Below are positions 40,152-51,393 of a stretch of DNA of 64,000 bases, piece by piece. The translations under genes were made by a program, and so were the position numbers. The DNA comes from Camelus dromedarius. Lineage: Eukaryota. The stretch spans positions 107,818,001 to 107,882,000 of the forward strand of contig NC_087472.1 of the NCBI RefSeq assembly GCF_036321535.1, written 5' to 3'. Every line of letters starts with the position of its first letter. Positions within the stretch are counted from its first letter, which is position 1. Under the pieces are notes generated by a model that was not told the DNA's origin, made no database searches, and was given only the letters and a program-made list of their open reading frames with translations.

Positions 40152-40435
40152 CGGTCGCGCGGGTCGATCCACGATGTCTGGCGCGTGTTGTGGTCTATGT
40201 AAAAGACACGGCCGTCGTAGTCGCGCGCCTCCTCCCAGCCAGCGGGCAGCGGCAGCTCGGCGCTCTCTCGGGCCCGCGGCGGCGGTGGCGCGGAGGGCGC
40301 GGGGGGCGCGGGGACCGCGGTGGGAGCCGCGGCCGGCGGCGGCTCCCGCTGGGGCTGCGCGGGCGGCGGCGGCTCCCGCGGGGCCTCGCGCGGCTGTCCC
40401 CGCCGCCGCCGCCGGCCGCCGCTCAGCCACGGCAT
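40152..40435 (-). CDS. WWC3: WWC3 coding exon 1 (Arg/Pro-rich N-terminus and WW domain 1)
   Basis: ATG at 40435 gives [12 protein letters not shown]...[36 protein letters not shown], a WW domain matching the KIBRA/WWC family start. Ends at donor CG|GTAAGG (phase 2; 284 nt = 94 codons + 2). Lies in a CpG island. Confidence 0.96.
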
Positions 40436-40503
40436 GACGGCACGGGCCCCGCCGCCACCGCCGCCGCCCGGCCGCCCCACGCGCGCCGCCTCCTCCGCCA
40501 GCA

Positions 40504-40566
40504 CTAAGGCCCGGCGCCCGGGGCGCGGGGGCGGCTGCGGGGAGCCGCCCGCCGCGCCCGGTACAT
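40504..40566 (-). other. uORF2 candidate (20 aa, [20 protein letters not shown])
   Basis: ATG with A at -3 (GAGGATGT), out of frame with WWC3; TAG at 40504-40506, 68 nt before the main ATG. Confidence 0.6.
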
Positions 40567-40684
40567 CCTCCGCCCGGCGCCCGTGCACCGGCGCCCGCCT
40601 GCTGCTCGCCGCCCACCGCCCGCCTGGTCTTGCACGCCGCCGCTCGCACCGCCTGAGTCAGTCGGGTCGCCGCTGCGCGTGGAG

Positions 40685-40750
40685 TCACAGCTCCAGTGCT
40701 GCTGCCGCCACTGCCGGCGGCCCCTCAGTTCCCGCGGCGCGCCCGGCCAT
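40685..40750 (-). other. uORF1 candidate (21 aa, MAGRAAGTEGPPAVAAAALEL)
   Basis: ATG in strong context (GAAGATGG); TGA at 40685-40687. Included only if the TSS lies upstream of 40750. Confidence 0.45.
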
Positions 40751-40810
40751 CTTCGTTCCTCGGCACCGCCCGACCGGGGGCGGGGCGTGGGCAGGCCCCG
40801 CCCCATTGGC
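40744..40810 (-). promoter_or_regulatory. Probable WWC3 core promoter: CCAAT box, two GC boxes, YY1-like motif
   Basis: CCAAT on minus at 40805-40809; GGGGCGGGG on both strands within 40776-40804; AAGATGGCCG on minus at 40744-40753. TSS inferred near 40760-40775; not observed. Confidence 0.6.
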
Positions 40811-43800
40811 ACCCCCCCACCCCCCCTCCACCTCTCCTCCGTCGGCGGCTCCTCCCCCGCTCGCTGCAGGCCCTTCAGTCTCCCTCGGCTGCTCCGCCTC
40901 CAATCTCCCCTGGGGTCTCCTTCGCGCTCTGCGACTCAGCTCCCCAGCCCACACCCCCGCCCGCTGCTTTTCCTCCTCCTCCTCAGCCGGCTGCTCCTCC
41001 CTTCCCCCACCCACTGCTCCTCCTCCTTCCCCTCCTGCTCCATGCTCTCCTCCCTCTTTTCTCCGGCTCCACCACCTCCTCGGGCCTCCCCGGGAAACCG
41101 CACGAGGGCCAGGATGGGCGCCGCCGCGTCCGTCCGCCCCCAGGCCACTGCGGAGAGGAAGGCGGGTTGGGAGGACGGCGCCCCACCCGGGCTGCAGGCG
41201 CGGCCTAACTGGGGCCGACTCCTGCGGCCCAAACAATTGCCGGGGAAGAGGGTGATCACCTCATTGCACCCACTCTCGGGCCTTTCATGTCTGGGGTCTC
41301 CTCTCTGTCCACTCGATGGGGGAAGGGAGCAGCACCCTGGGGCTCCCGAATACACAAGACAGTCCCGCGAGGGTGGGTAAGGCCTCTGAAGGGAGGCTGA
41401 GGGAGCTTGGTAGCTGGAGGAGGAACACAAGGCTGATCCTCTAGGATGGGGCCTGCAAGACCCAACTGGAAGTCGGGAGCTGGGCAGGTGGCTACTTCGC
41501 GTCTCTGCCAAGACAGCCCCAGCAGGCTGATCCCAAGTCCCCGCTTTGGGCAGGACTCCCTGACCTTCCCTGGCTTTCCCATCGTCCAGGCTAGAGGATC
41601 CAATAGTTTGAGCAGAGACCCAAGTAGGCCACTGCTGGCGAGGAAGCTAGATCAACTCCTAAAACATGGAACCTCTATGGTGGTTGGTAGTTTATGTTCC
41701 ACTCACATCTCATAGCTGGAGAAACTGCAGTCCAAAGATGGGGCTCTCTCTTGCTCCAAATTCCCCCTGCTACTCTAGTGCTCCAGATCCCTGGCCGCAA
41801 GACTTAATGCCAGGAAGTGCAGAAAAGTATCGCGGAGGCTTTAAAACACTGTTACAGTGATAGGAAAATATCTAATAAAAACCCTAACAGCGATCCAAAT
41901 CTAGCTACATAGGGAAAGAGACAGGAGGAAAACCTCCCCAGATGCTCACATAAGTTTGCATTCCTTCGGTGGGATGATTTTTTTTCATTATTTGCCTTTT
42001 AAATTATCTGTAAAATCGTTATGTTACTTTTATAAGGGGAAAAAATTGTTTCGAAAAAGAACGTGAATTCATGGAGACTGCTAATTGGGACATACTGGAG
42101 GGAGGCCCTTTCTTTCCCCCTCCCACCGAAGCACAGAAACTTCTTGCTCCCCAAGTATCAGCCCCCACCCAAATGTCCTATGCCGGAAATTCCACCACTG
42201 GAGTCCTTTCAGTTAAACATAGACAGTTATTAAGTGTCCAAGGAAAAGGGAGGGAGAGTATCAAAAAAGCAACTACTTTGGGATCTTGCATGTTCCAGAG
42301 AATTCCCAAGTGCTGAGTATCCCTGCCTGGACATCTTCCCTTCTGACTGGCCTGATTTATTACCAAAGGGGCTGCCGCCACCTTGGCCCTCTCTCCCTTC
42401 CAGCCCCACGATCAGTCACCCTACCACCCAACCTGGCCGGGCTGAAGCTGCCTTCCCGCCCGCCCTCCCAGGCATCATGTCATTTCAGAATTTCACAATT
42501 CTGGGCACTATCACTCGAAATTATCCTGAGTGGGGCTGGAATGCCCTGGAGTAAAGCCAACCTCTACAGAGAGAGGTGGAGAGAGAGGGAGGACACCCAG
42601 ACACATCAAAGGACTCACAGAAGGAAAGGCAAGATGAAAAAGTATCAGATAAAGAGAAAGGGGTGGGGGAGCTACACCAGATGAGGAGCTAAGGGGCAAA
42701 TGTTGACTGCCTTTCCACTGAGGACGAGATCTTATGTCTTCCTTCAGCCTGGTGGCAACTGTGTACTGCAGACATACTCTGTGCAGGTGCCCTGCTGGGC
42801 GCTGAGATGCTGCAGAGAACAGGATAGACTCTGTGCCCCACCTCCACCCCCAAGCCAGGAACTAAACAAAGAAATAGGCACTTGTGACAGTGACTTGTCT
42901 ACTAACGAAGCGGGGATGCCAGTTTCAAGTTGGGGACTCAGGGGAGGCCTTCTGGGACCAAAAAGAAGACATCTTGGATGAGGAAACCGACACTCGGGTC
43001 TTTAGATTCCTGAGTCCTGAGCGTTTGCCCCTTGGCACTTGTAGCTGCTGTCATCAAGTACTTGCAGATTTGCTGGCAGATGGGGCGCCCCACCCAGATC
43101 TCCTTGGCTGGGGTGCACGCCCTTCTCAGAGGATTACCCTGGGCTGACAGATGTCTGAGAGGTTAAGCCCACCCCCCAGGGACTGCTCCTGCAGTGTGAC
43201 AGCCCAGCCCCCTCGCCTTGGTGGGACAAACTCTAGTGCACCTGACCCTCCACTGCTCCCCCTGGGCTGCCAAGGCTTTGGTAGCTCCTCTCCTGCCCTA
43301 GCCCACCTCCCATGCCCACGTCAGTCACCCGCCTGACAACCCCCACCGCAGGTGTGCTTCTAGGGAGCCTGACCTAAGAGAGTCTGCTGTGCTTGCCTGC
43401 TCTTCCAAGCACTGAGCAAATATAAATCATCTGCCCAGCATGACAACACCTACGGGTATTCCCAATTTCACTTGCACTTTCATAGAAGGGAATTCAGTCA
43501 GAAGGAGTGTGACACGGCATGCCAATGAGGACAGATTGGAGAGACCCTCACTGAAAATCTACACGCCCAACCACGGCCCCTGACCTCTCTGACTCAGATA
43601 AGTGAAGCAGGCCCATCGCATTTGTCTTCCTAAAATGAGCCAATAAAGGAAGAGGTCAGATCTGGGGGTGACCAAGGCCCGTTTATGGCTCCATCCATCT
43701 TTTTTGACTTGTAATGTTTGCCCCAGGCTGCCGCTGATTATCCCTAAAGACCTGTGCAGGGAGATGGGATGGAAGAGAAGTTGGTGGGGGAATGAAGGGA

Positions 43801-43836
43801 CTCTTGCCTCTCCAGCTTGGTCAGAAATTGAGAAGT

Positions 43837-43839
<3 letters not shown>

Positions 43840-43899
<60 letters not shown>
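43840..43899 (+). repeat. (GT)30 perfect microsatellite
   Basis: 60 bp perfect dinucleotide array read directly. Confidence 0.97.
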
Positions 43900-43901
<2 letters not shown>

Positions 43902-44905
43902 ATCACTAGGGAGACTCTGCCTGTCTTTCTTACTGTCAAGCGGGGCTTTCTATGTTGGACCAAAAACACATGCAGGGAGGGGAGTTTTAGTCTTTGCTGC
44001 ATGTGCAATTATGCATTCTTTATTGCCTCCATATTAAAACCACAGCCTGGCCAACAACAAAAGCACAAACGTTGCAGTGACCTCTCCTCCCACCAAGATT
44101 CCTGATGGAAAAACAGCTCAGGAAAAATCCACTTAGGTTCCGGGTACTCAAGATGCAAATACTTATTCTCCTCACAGACCCTCTGGGAAATCCCTTTTCT
44201 TAAACTGTTAAAATGCCCTCAAGTATGAATTGCAGAATAGTTTCTTTAAAGTGCTTGTTAAGGAGTAAATCCAACACACTCCTTGCATGGCAGACAGTAA
44301 ACAGAGACTTTGCAGATTTTTACTCTCTTGGGTTCCACCTTATCTTCCCACCCCACTTCCCGAAGGATAACCTTGATTTTATAAAGGAAGGTACAAAATA
44401 GCATCTATCCACATTCAATCCTTGAGAAGCTTCTAGAAAAGGGAGCACCGTGAAGGCTGCAAGCATCACGTCTAAAAGGAGAGAATAAATACAGCCAGAG
44501 AAGTCTTGCTTACTTGTATAAACAATCGTGTGTTCTAGGAAGTGACACATTGGGTAATTCTACACAATATGTTAAGAGGAAAACGGAAATGGGCCGGAGT
44601 GGGTCTGAAGAAGAAATGGCTCATTGTTTGGCATTCTTTAAATGCTGGAATAGTTACTCAGTTATGGGCGCTTCCCATCTATTTAAATAATGCAAATCCA
44701 CAAACTGTGGCAATTAGATGGAGTTTTGGCTAATTCCTGTCTTGCCGGTTTAGGGACTGCAAAGGAAGAGAGGAGAACCAAGATCCCTAATCCGAGACCT
44801 CTCCCCAGGCTTGGAACTGGAAGGAGACAGGGTGGGGGCTATTCCCTGGGTTTTATTTTATTTCATGGCTTTAAGTCTTTAACTTTAGACATTGATTTGA
44901 CTTGT

Positions 44906-45209
44906 TTTTTCTGGTTTGTTTTTTTTTTTGCTTTAATTGCGTTTCCCTTTATTTTTGTTTGTTTTTTAATTGAAGTATAGTCAGTTACAGTGTGTCAATT
45001 TGTGGTGTACAGCATCATGTCCAAGTCATGCATATATATACATATATTCATTTTCATATTCTTTTTCATTAGAGGTTACTACAAGATACTGAATATAGTT
45101 CCCTGTGCTAGACAGAAGAAATTTGTTTTTTTATCTGTTTTTGTACATAGTAGTTAACATTTGCAAATCTCAAACTCCCAAATGTATCCCTTCCCATCCC
45201 CTTTCCCCC
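44906..45209 (-). mobile_element. 5'-truncated L1 3' end with TSD
   Basis: T-rich tail then ttaattgaagtatagtcagttac...; flanked by tgatttgacttgt (44893-44905) and tgatttgatttgt (45210-45222). Confidence 0.85.
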
Positions 45210-46108
45210 TGATTTGATTTGTGATCAGAAAAGCCCTTGTTTAGATTTTTGACTGTGGCCAGGGAGCCTGGGAGCGCTTTTCTCAAATGGGACTTCCCTG
45301 ATTTGTGTAGATCTGTGCAGTTTGATTGGTGTTGATTTGTGCAGTTTCAAGATTAAATTTTTCTCATTTCCTCATCTTCCATTACAGAGAGATGCAGGGT
45401 ATTCGGGAAGGGTCAGCTGTGTGGATAAACCAGGCAGTCTGGTCATTTTAGTGCTTTATTCTGCTGTGTGTTGGCTTCTCAGCGTACGGCAGTGTCCTTG
45501 GAATCATTTCATGGCTGTTATATTGTAGGCGGACTCTATTTGTACCTGGTTTATTCTACCTCAGGTTTAAAAAAAATTGAGACCAATTTCTCTCCCAAAT
45601 TTAGAACACTTGTTACCCACTTCCGTCCTCTCCAGCTCTCCCCTCCGAAGGCTACGTTTTTACTTCTTGTCCTTCCCAACCCATGGGCTGTGTTTCACAA
45701 AATGCTAAGGAGCCAAATGGAAATGTATTCCAGGCAAACCATAATTTTTGGAGACACAGCTGCCGTGAGCCAGCATACCATGCGATGCTTCCTCCTGGCT
45801 CGGTTCTCTCCTGTTTAGGATTATGACTCTGGTCCCCTGTGTGTTTGGAAAAACAGATTCTTCAAACTGCAGCCCTCTGTTTTATGAGCCAAGCAGAGCA
45901 GCTTGGAAGTCTCAGGCTTTCAGAAACAAGAAGGCGGATTTATCCGACACAGAAATGAGCAGTTTCTGGGTCGTTAACAATTTTTTTTTTCACTTGACGT
46001 CGCTAGCGTCATAAATTAGTCTCTTTTGTGGCATGAATGGAACAATTTTGGAACACAAGTTATATCACTAGATCTTGGCACAACAACCCCAAGATGTTTG
46101 TTATATAT

Positions 46109-46323
46109 CAGTGATTCTCAACCGGGGTGATTGTGGCACCCCAGGGGACATTTGTTGACATCTGGAGACACTTTGGGTGGTCACAACTGGGTGGAGAGAT
46201 GCTCCTGGCATCTAGTGAGTAGAAGTAAGGCTTGCTGCTCAACATCTTACAAGGCACAGGACAGCCCCTCAACAGAGAATCATCCACCCCAAATGTCCCT
46301 AGTGCTGAGGTAGAGATGCCCTA
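46109..46323 (+). mobile_element. MER20 (full length)
   Basis: cagtgattctcaaccggggtgatt...ggcatctagtgagtaga...aaatgtccctagtgctgaggtagagatgccct. Confidence 0.92.
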
Positions 46324-46528
46324 TGGTACATGTGTAATTGACAGTAACATTTGTACTATGCAGGCTTTACCGTGGGGAAATCAAAACCCAGCGAATGTAA
46401 GGAGCTAGCCCAGTGTGATCTTGTCACTGCTAACAAGCAACTGCCTTGAGCTCAAACCTCAGCTATTCCATCTGAGCGCTGTATTAGTCAGGGTTCCCCA
46501 GAGAATCAAAACCAATAGGATATATATA

Positions 46529-47346
46529 CGTCAACCGAAAAAATGCACAACCTAAAAGTTGAGAGTTCTGTTTTTATGTGTAATTTTTTTCTTTTTAAAT
46601 TTATTTTTATTTAAGTATAGTCAATTTACAATGCTATGCTAGTTCTGGTGTACAGCAAAGTGATTCAGTTATACATATATATATTCTTTTTCAGATTCTT
46701 TTCCATTATAGGTTATTACAAGACATTGAATATAGTTCCCTGCGCTACACAGTGGGTCTTTGTTGTTTATCTATTTTATATATTGTAGTGCATATACGTT
46801 AATCCCAAACTCCTAATTTATCCCTCCCCCCTACCCCTTTCCCCTTTGGGAACCATAGTTTGTTTTCTATGTCTGTGAGAGTTATGTTTTATCTGGCAGA
46901 CTTTCTGAGGACTTCAAGCCTAAGAGGCCGCCTCTCAGATGGCTCTAAGGGACAGCTCTAAAGAGGTAGGGGAGGAGCCAGGATACATAGGAGTTTTTTG
47001 AACAAGGACCAGGTGGTCGGAACATCAAACGATCACTGTTAGTTAAAGAAAACCAGGTATCTCAAGTTAAGGAATTTAGCGTTTTTCCATGTATGGGAAG
47101 ATGGAAAATACGGGCTCATTGAAGTCATTCCTTTGATATGCACCTTAGCTATCTAGGGTCAGTGTCCTGTTCTTTCCCATCCTGAGTCCCCTCGGGGGTG
47201 GCTGCAGAGGCTGAGGGCTCAGCAGCGGGCAGCCTGCTTGTCTCCATCCTGAATTCCCTCCGGCTCACCATCAGGTAGTGGCTGATAGCTTGAGGGCCCC
47301 AGCGTCCTTTGTCTACTGACATGGTGGGCAATATTTTTCATTCACA
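46529..47346. mobile_element. Younger ERV solo LTR nested in MLT2
   Basis: gtcaaccgaaaaaatgcacaacctaaaagttgagag...ggaggagccaggatacataggag...ttcaca; interrupts MLT2 colinearity. Confidence 0.7.
46578..46876 (-). mobile_element. L1 3' end nested in the LTR, with TSD
   Basis: T-rich tail then tttaagtatagtcaatttacaatg; flanked by gagagttctgtttttat (46561-46577) and gagagttatgttttat (46877-46892). Confidence 0.85.
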
Positions 47347-48384
47347 TCTATATATAAAAAGAGATTCCTTCTAAGGAATTTGCTCATGTGATTATGGAGG
47401 CTGACAAGTCCCACGATCTGCAGTCAGCAAACTGGAGACCCTGTAGAGCCGATGATGTAGCTTCAGTTCAAGGCCAGTGTGCTGGAGACCCCAGAAGAAC
47501 TGATATTTCCAAACATCAGCCTGATGATCAGTTTGATGAGTCCAAAGGCAGGAAAAAAACAGATGACCCAGCTCAATCAGTCAGGCAGGAGGAGTTCCCC
47601 CTTACTCACTGACTCACAAGAGAGTCCATCTTTTTGTTTTCTTTGGGTCTTGGATGAACTGGATGAGGCCCACCCACATCTGTGTTCCTCAGTCTACTGA
47701 TTCAAAGGTTCCTCTCACCCAGGAGCACACCCAGAATGTTTGACCAAATATCTGGGCATCTTGTGGTCCAGTCACATTGACACAGAAATTCCCTGTTACA
47801 CCTCCCAACTTTAGAACCAGTTGCTCTGTGTTTCCACAACTCTTTGTGCTCCCAGAGTGATTCATGGACCAGTAGCATCAGTATCAAGGGGGACCTCAGT
47901 GAAATGGCCAGCCCAGACTCACTGGCTTTTGAAGTGCTGTATTACACACATGGAAGGGGATGGTGTGGGCGTGTGGGCATCTAAAAATAAGCAGTTTTAC
48001 AATATTGATTCAAAGAGCCATCTGGATGGTGTTTTCCTTACTCAACCTCATAATCAATAGGGTTTATTTATCATTTAAAAGGTGCCAAGCGCTACTCCAG
48101 ATGCTGAGCAAAGTGTGATCACCAGCAGCATCCACACCTACTCTGTATAAGGAGTGTGCTTAAGAGTCTGGATTTGTTTGTCATTCAGCTTTAGGCCATG
48201 TGTCCACGAAGTTCAGCCTGGCTTACTTGGCACAGAAGTAGAAATGGGCAAAAAGCCAGCCCCGAGCCAACCATGCTGTCAGCAGCGTCTGATTTGTGCC
48301 TGTCTCCTCTCCCCACCCGGGACCAGCTACCCAATTTGCAGTCTACATTTTGCAGTGCCAAATGAAAATCAGACTGCTTTCACA

Positions 48385-48710
48385 AACTATCTCAGACAGA
48401 GTGGCTTATAGACAGCACACATTTATTTCTCACAGTTCTGGAGGCTGGGAAGTCCAATATCAGGGTGCCAGCCTGGGTGGGTGAGGGCTCTCTTCTGGGT
48501 TGCAGACTTCTTGTGGCATCTTCACAAGGTGGAAGGGGCTGGGAGCTCTGGGAGGTCTCTTTTAAAAGAACATTGATCGCATTCATGAAGCTCCGTCATC
48601 CGGACCTGATCACCTTCCAAATATACCACCTCCTCATTCCATCCTATTGGGGGTTAGGATTTCAACATATGAACTTGGGTGGGGAGGCATACCAACATTC
48701 AGCCCACAGC
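48385..48710 (-). mobile_element. MaLR LTR, MLT1A-like
   Basis: atttatttctcacagttctggaggctgggaagtcc...ggttaggatttcaacatatgaa...aacattcagcccacagca. Confidence 0.85.
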
Positions 48711-49021
48711 AGACCCCTTGTTTAAAAATATTCAGAATTTCAAGGTGGTGATGATAGACCATGAAAACAGGCACTAGCCCTTCAGATCGCAGGATCCTGT
48801 CTATAGCTTTGACTTCTAGTCATTATGTCCTTTGAACATTCCAAAAGGACAGCAATTTTCTCCAAGAGCACAGAAGATCGTTTTGGGGGGTAGGCCCTGT
48901 CCTTGCACATCAAACCACTTGTTCCTCAGAACTTCTTTGCCAGCCCAGCTACCTCTCCAAGGTCAGCATGACACTGCAGGCAGGAAGAACGTCCACGACT
49001 CCCATGCCCTGTGTTCCCTGG

Positions 49022-49577
49022 TGTTGCGGGTTGAATTATGTCCTCAGAAAGATACGTTCAACACAACATTGTAAAGTGATTATAAATCAATAAAAAATGT
49101 TAAAAAAAAAAAAAGTAGACTTTCAGAAAAAAAAAAAAAAAGAAAGATATGTTCAAGTCCTATCTCTAATACCTGTGAAGGTGACCTTACTTGGAAACAG
49201 GGTCATTGGAGATATAATTAGTTACATTAAGATGAGATCATACTAATGTAGGGTGGACCCTTAAGCCCATATGACTAGTGTCCTTAGAAGACGAGAAATG
49301 ACGCAGACACACAGGAGAGAGGCCATGTGTTGAAGGAGGCAGAGATTGGAGTGATATGTCTACAAACCAAGGAACATCAAAGACTGGTAGCAATACCAGG
49401 AGCTAGGAGAAAGGCCTGGAGCAGATTCGCCCCAACAGCCTTCAAAGGGAGCGTGGCCCTGCTGACACCTGGATTTTAAACTCTTAACCTCCGAACTGTG
49501 AGGGAAAAGTATCTATTGTTTTAAGCCATCCAGTCTGTGGCACTTTGTTTACCAGAGCCCCAGGAAACTAATATGCC
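49022..49577 (+). mobile_element. MaLR LTR, MLT1B/C-like, interrupted at 49062-49140
   Basis: tgttgcgggttgaattatgtcc...gaaggtgaccttacttggaaacagggtc...ggccctgctgacacc...ggaaactaata. Confidence 0.85.
49062..49140 (+). mobile_element. Ultra-short L1 3' terminus with double poly(A) and 16 bp TSD
   Basis: cacaacattgtaaagtgattataaatcaataaaaaatgtt-A14-gtagactttcag-A13; flanked by agaaagatacgttcaa and agaaagatatgttcaa. Confidence 0.8.
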
Positions 49578-50568
49578 TGGAAGCTTGACCCCAGCTTCCT
49601 GCTGTTGCTTCAGTGGGGACTAGAATCTATCGAAGTTTGCCCACAGAGTCTTGATTAGTGCCAGGAAATCCCAGAACCCAGAAGCCTGCCCTGACAGCCC
49701 CTAGAAATCCCAGCAAACTCAGAAGCCCCAGGTATGACACGCTTGACTCCCATAAACAGTAATGGCTGACATTCACCGTAGACCAGAAGAATTCAGTTTT
49801 GCCATGTGCTGCCCCAAGTTCAGATTTACCTTGGACCACTGACTATCCAACCTGCAGATGAGAGAAGTGTCTCTTTATGGAAACATTCCAGCTAATCCTG
49901 AAGAAGGAGTGATGGAATTAGAATTAGGATGAAGACACTTTCCTCCATGGATTGACTGGATTCTGGTGCTGAACTTCAATGGCTGCTAAGATCATTAAAA
50001 AGACAGATGGCCAAACCTGATGTGTTTGCTCAGAAGACCATGCCACCTATGACGCAGTCTTGCCAAAAAAGTCAGAAAAGTAGCTTTGACTTCAGATCAA
50101 AGCCTTGTTAGATATGGTCACCAGCTTCCAGGAAATACAGACATCAGAAGAACAGTTAACATCTCGGACGGAAATGCTATCAGCAAAATCCCAGCTGATA
50201 CCCCAAAATGACCTTGTTTCTTCAAGAAATAAACTCTAAGGGGGAAAAAGGGAGATGGAAAGGCAGCCTGTGGATGAAAAAAAAAAAAAGGCTGAAGAGA
50301 CATAGGAATCAGTAGCATGGCACGGGATGTGTTTGAATTCTGATTCATACAAACCAATTGGAAAAAAACGTCTGTGATGTTTATGAGGCAACTGGCAATG
50401 TGAACACTCCCTGGTAGTTGATGATGTTAAGGATTTATTTTTTTAAATTTAGGCTAGATGATGGTATTTCAGTTTTTTTTTAATAGTCCAGATATTTTAG
50501 AAATATATTTGGAAAGAGTTATGGGAAATATGATATATCTAAGATTTGTTTAAAAATAATATGGGTGA

Positions 50569-51393
50569 CGGACCTCACACTAGTCAGAAGGGCCACTGTT
50601 AAAAAGTCCACAAACAATAAATGCTGGGGAGGGTGTGGAGAAAAGGGAGCCCTCCTACACTGCTGGTGGCAATGCTGTTTGGTGCAGCCACTGTGGAAAA
50701 CAGTATGGAGATTCCTTAAAAACCTAAAAATAGACTTACCCTGTGATCCAGCAATCCCACTCCTGGACATATATCTGGAGGGAACTCTAATTCAAAAAGA
50801 TACCCCAATGTTCATAGCAGCACTATATACCATAGCCAAGACATGGAAGCAACCTAAATGTCCATAGACAAATCACNNNNNNNNNNNNNNNNNNNNNNNN
50901 NNNNNNNNNNNNNNNNNNNNNNNNNNNNNNNNNNNNNNNNNNNNNNNNNNNNNNNNNNNNNNNNNNNNNNNNNNNNNNNNNNNNNNNNNNNNNNNNNNNN
51001 NNNNNNNNNNNNNNNNNTACCATATGATATCATTTATATGTAGAATCTAAAAAAGAAAAAAGAAGACACTAATGAACTCATCTACAAAACAGAAACAGAC
51101 TCGCAGACACAGTAAACAATCTTATGGTTACCAGGGGGGAAAGGGAGTGGGAAGGGATAAATTTGGGAGTTCAAGATTTTCAAATATTCTCTACTATATG
51201 TAAAAATGGATAAAGAACAAATTTCTTCTGCATAGCACAGGAAACTATATTCAATATCTTGTAATAACCTTTAATGAAAAAGCATATGAAAACAAATATA
51301 TGTATGTATGTGCATGACTGGAACATTGTGCTGTGCACCAGAAATTAACACATTGTTACTGACTATACTTCAATTAAAAAAAAAGAGAAAAAA
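50569..51393 (+). mobile_element. L1 (ORF2 end and 3' UTR) with TSD, inside older L1 debris
   Basis: ORF 50565-50867 ([23 protein letters not shown]...DPAIPLL) is the L1 ORF2p C-terminus; A tail; aatatgggtga on both sides. Confidence 0.9.

Larger units (their letters stand above)
39720..41400. promoter_or_regulatory. CpG island spanning WWC3 promoter, 5' leader and exon 1
   Basis: Very high GC and CpG density by eye compared with the depleted flanks; overlaps the first coding exon. Confidence 0.93.
46480..47800. mobile_element. MLT2 (ERVL) LTR split by nested insertions
   Basis: Starts tgtattagtcagggttccccagagaa...aataggatatatat; resumes at 47347 (aaggaatttgctcatgtgattatggaggctgacaagtccc). 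Confidence 0.8.

Noticed and set aside
40436-40588. In-frame 51-codon N-terminal extension of WWC3 from GTG at 40588
   Set aside because: Weak context (C at -3 and +4) and two better ATGs nearby; open frame is explained by GC content. Ribo-seq could overturn this.
39640-41380. Long ORFs on both strands across the CpG island (265, 311, 265, 258 and 183 aa)
   Set aside because: Low-complexity Arg/Ala/Pro/Gly products expected from stop-codon scarcity at very high GC; no domain; several start at non-ATG codons.
41958-42543. TEAD-like CATTCC/GGAATG hexamers upstream of the promoter
   Set aside because: Single hexamers occur about every 2 kb by chance; no tandem arrangement.
47533-47556. Hammerhead-like TGATGAGTCC...GAAA
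   Set aside because: Stem II cannot pair and the core C is missing; lies within MLT2.
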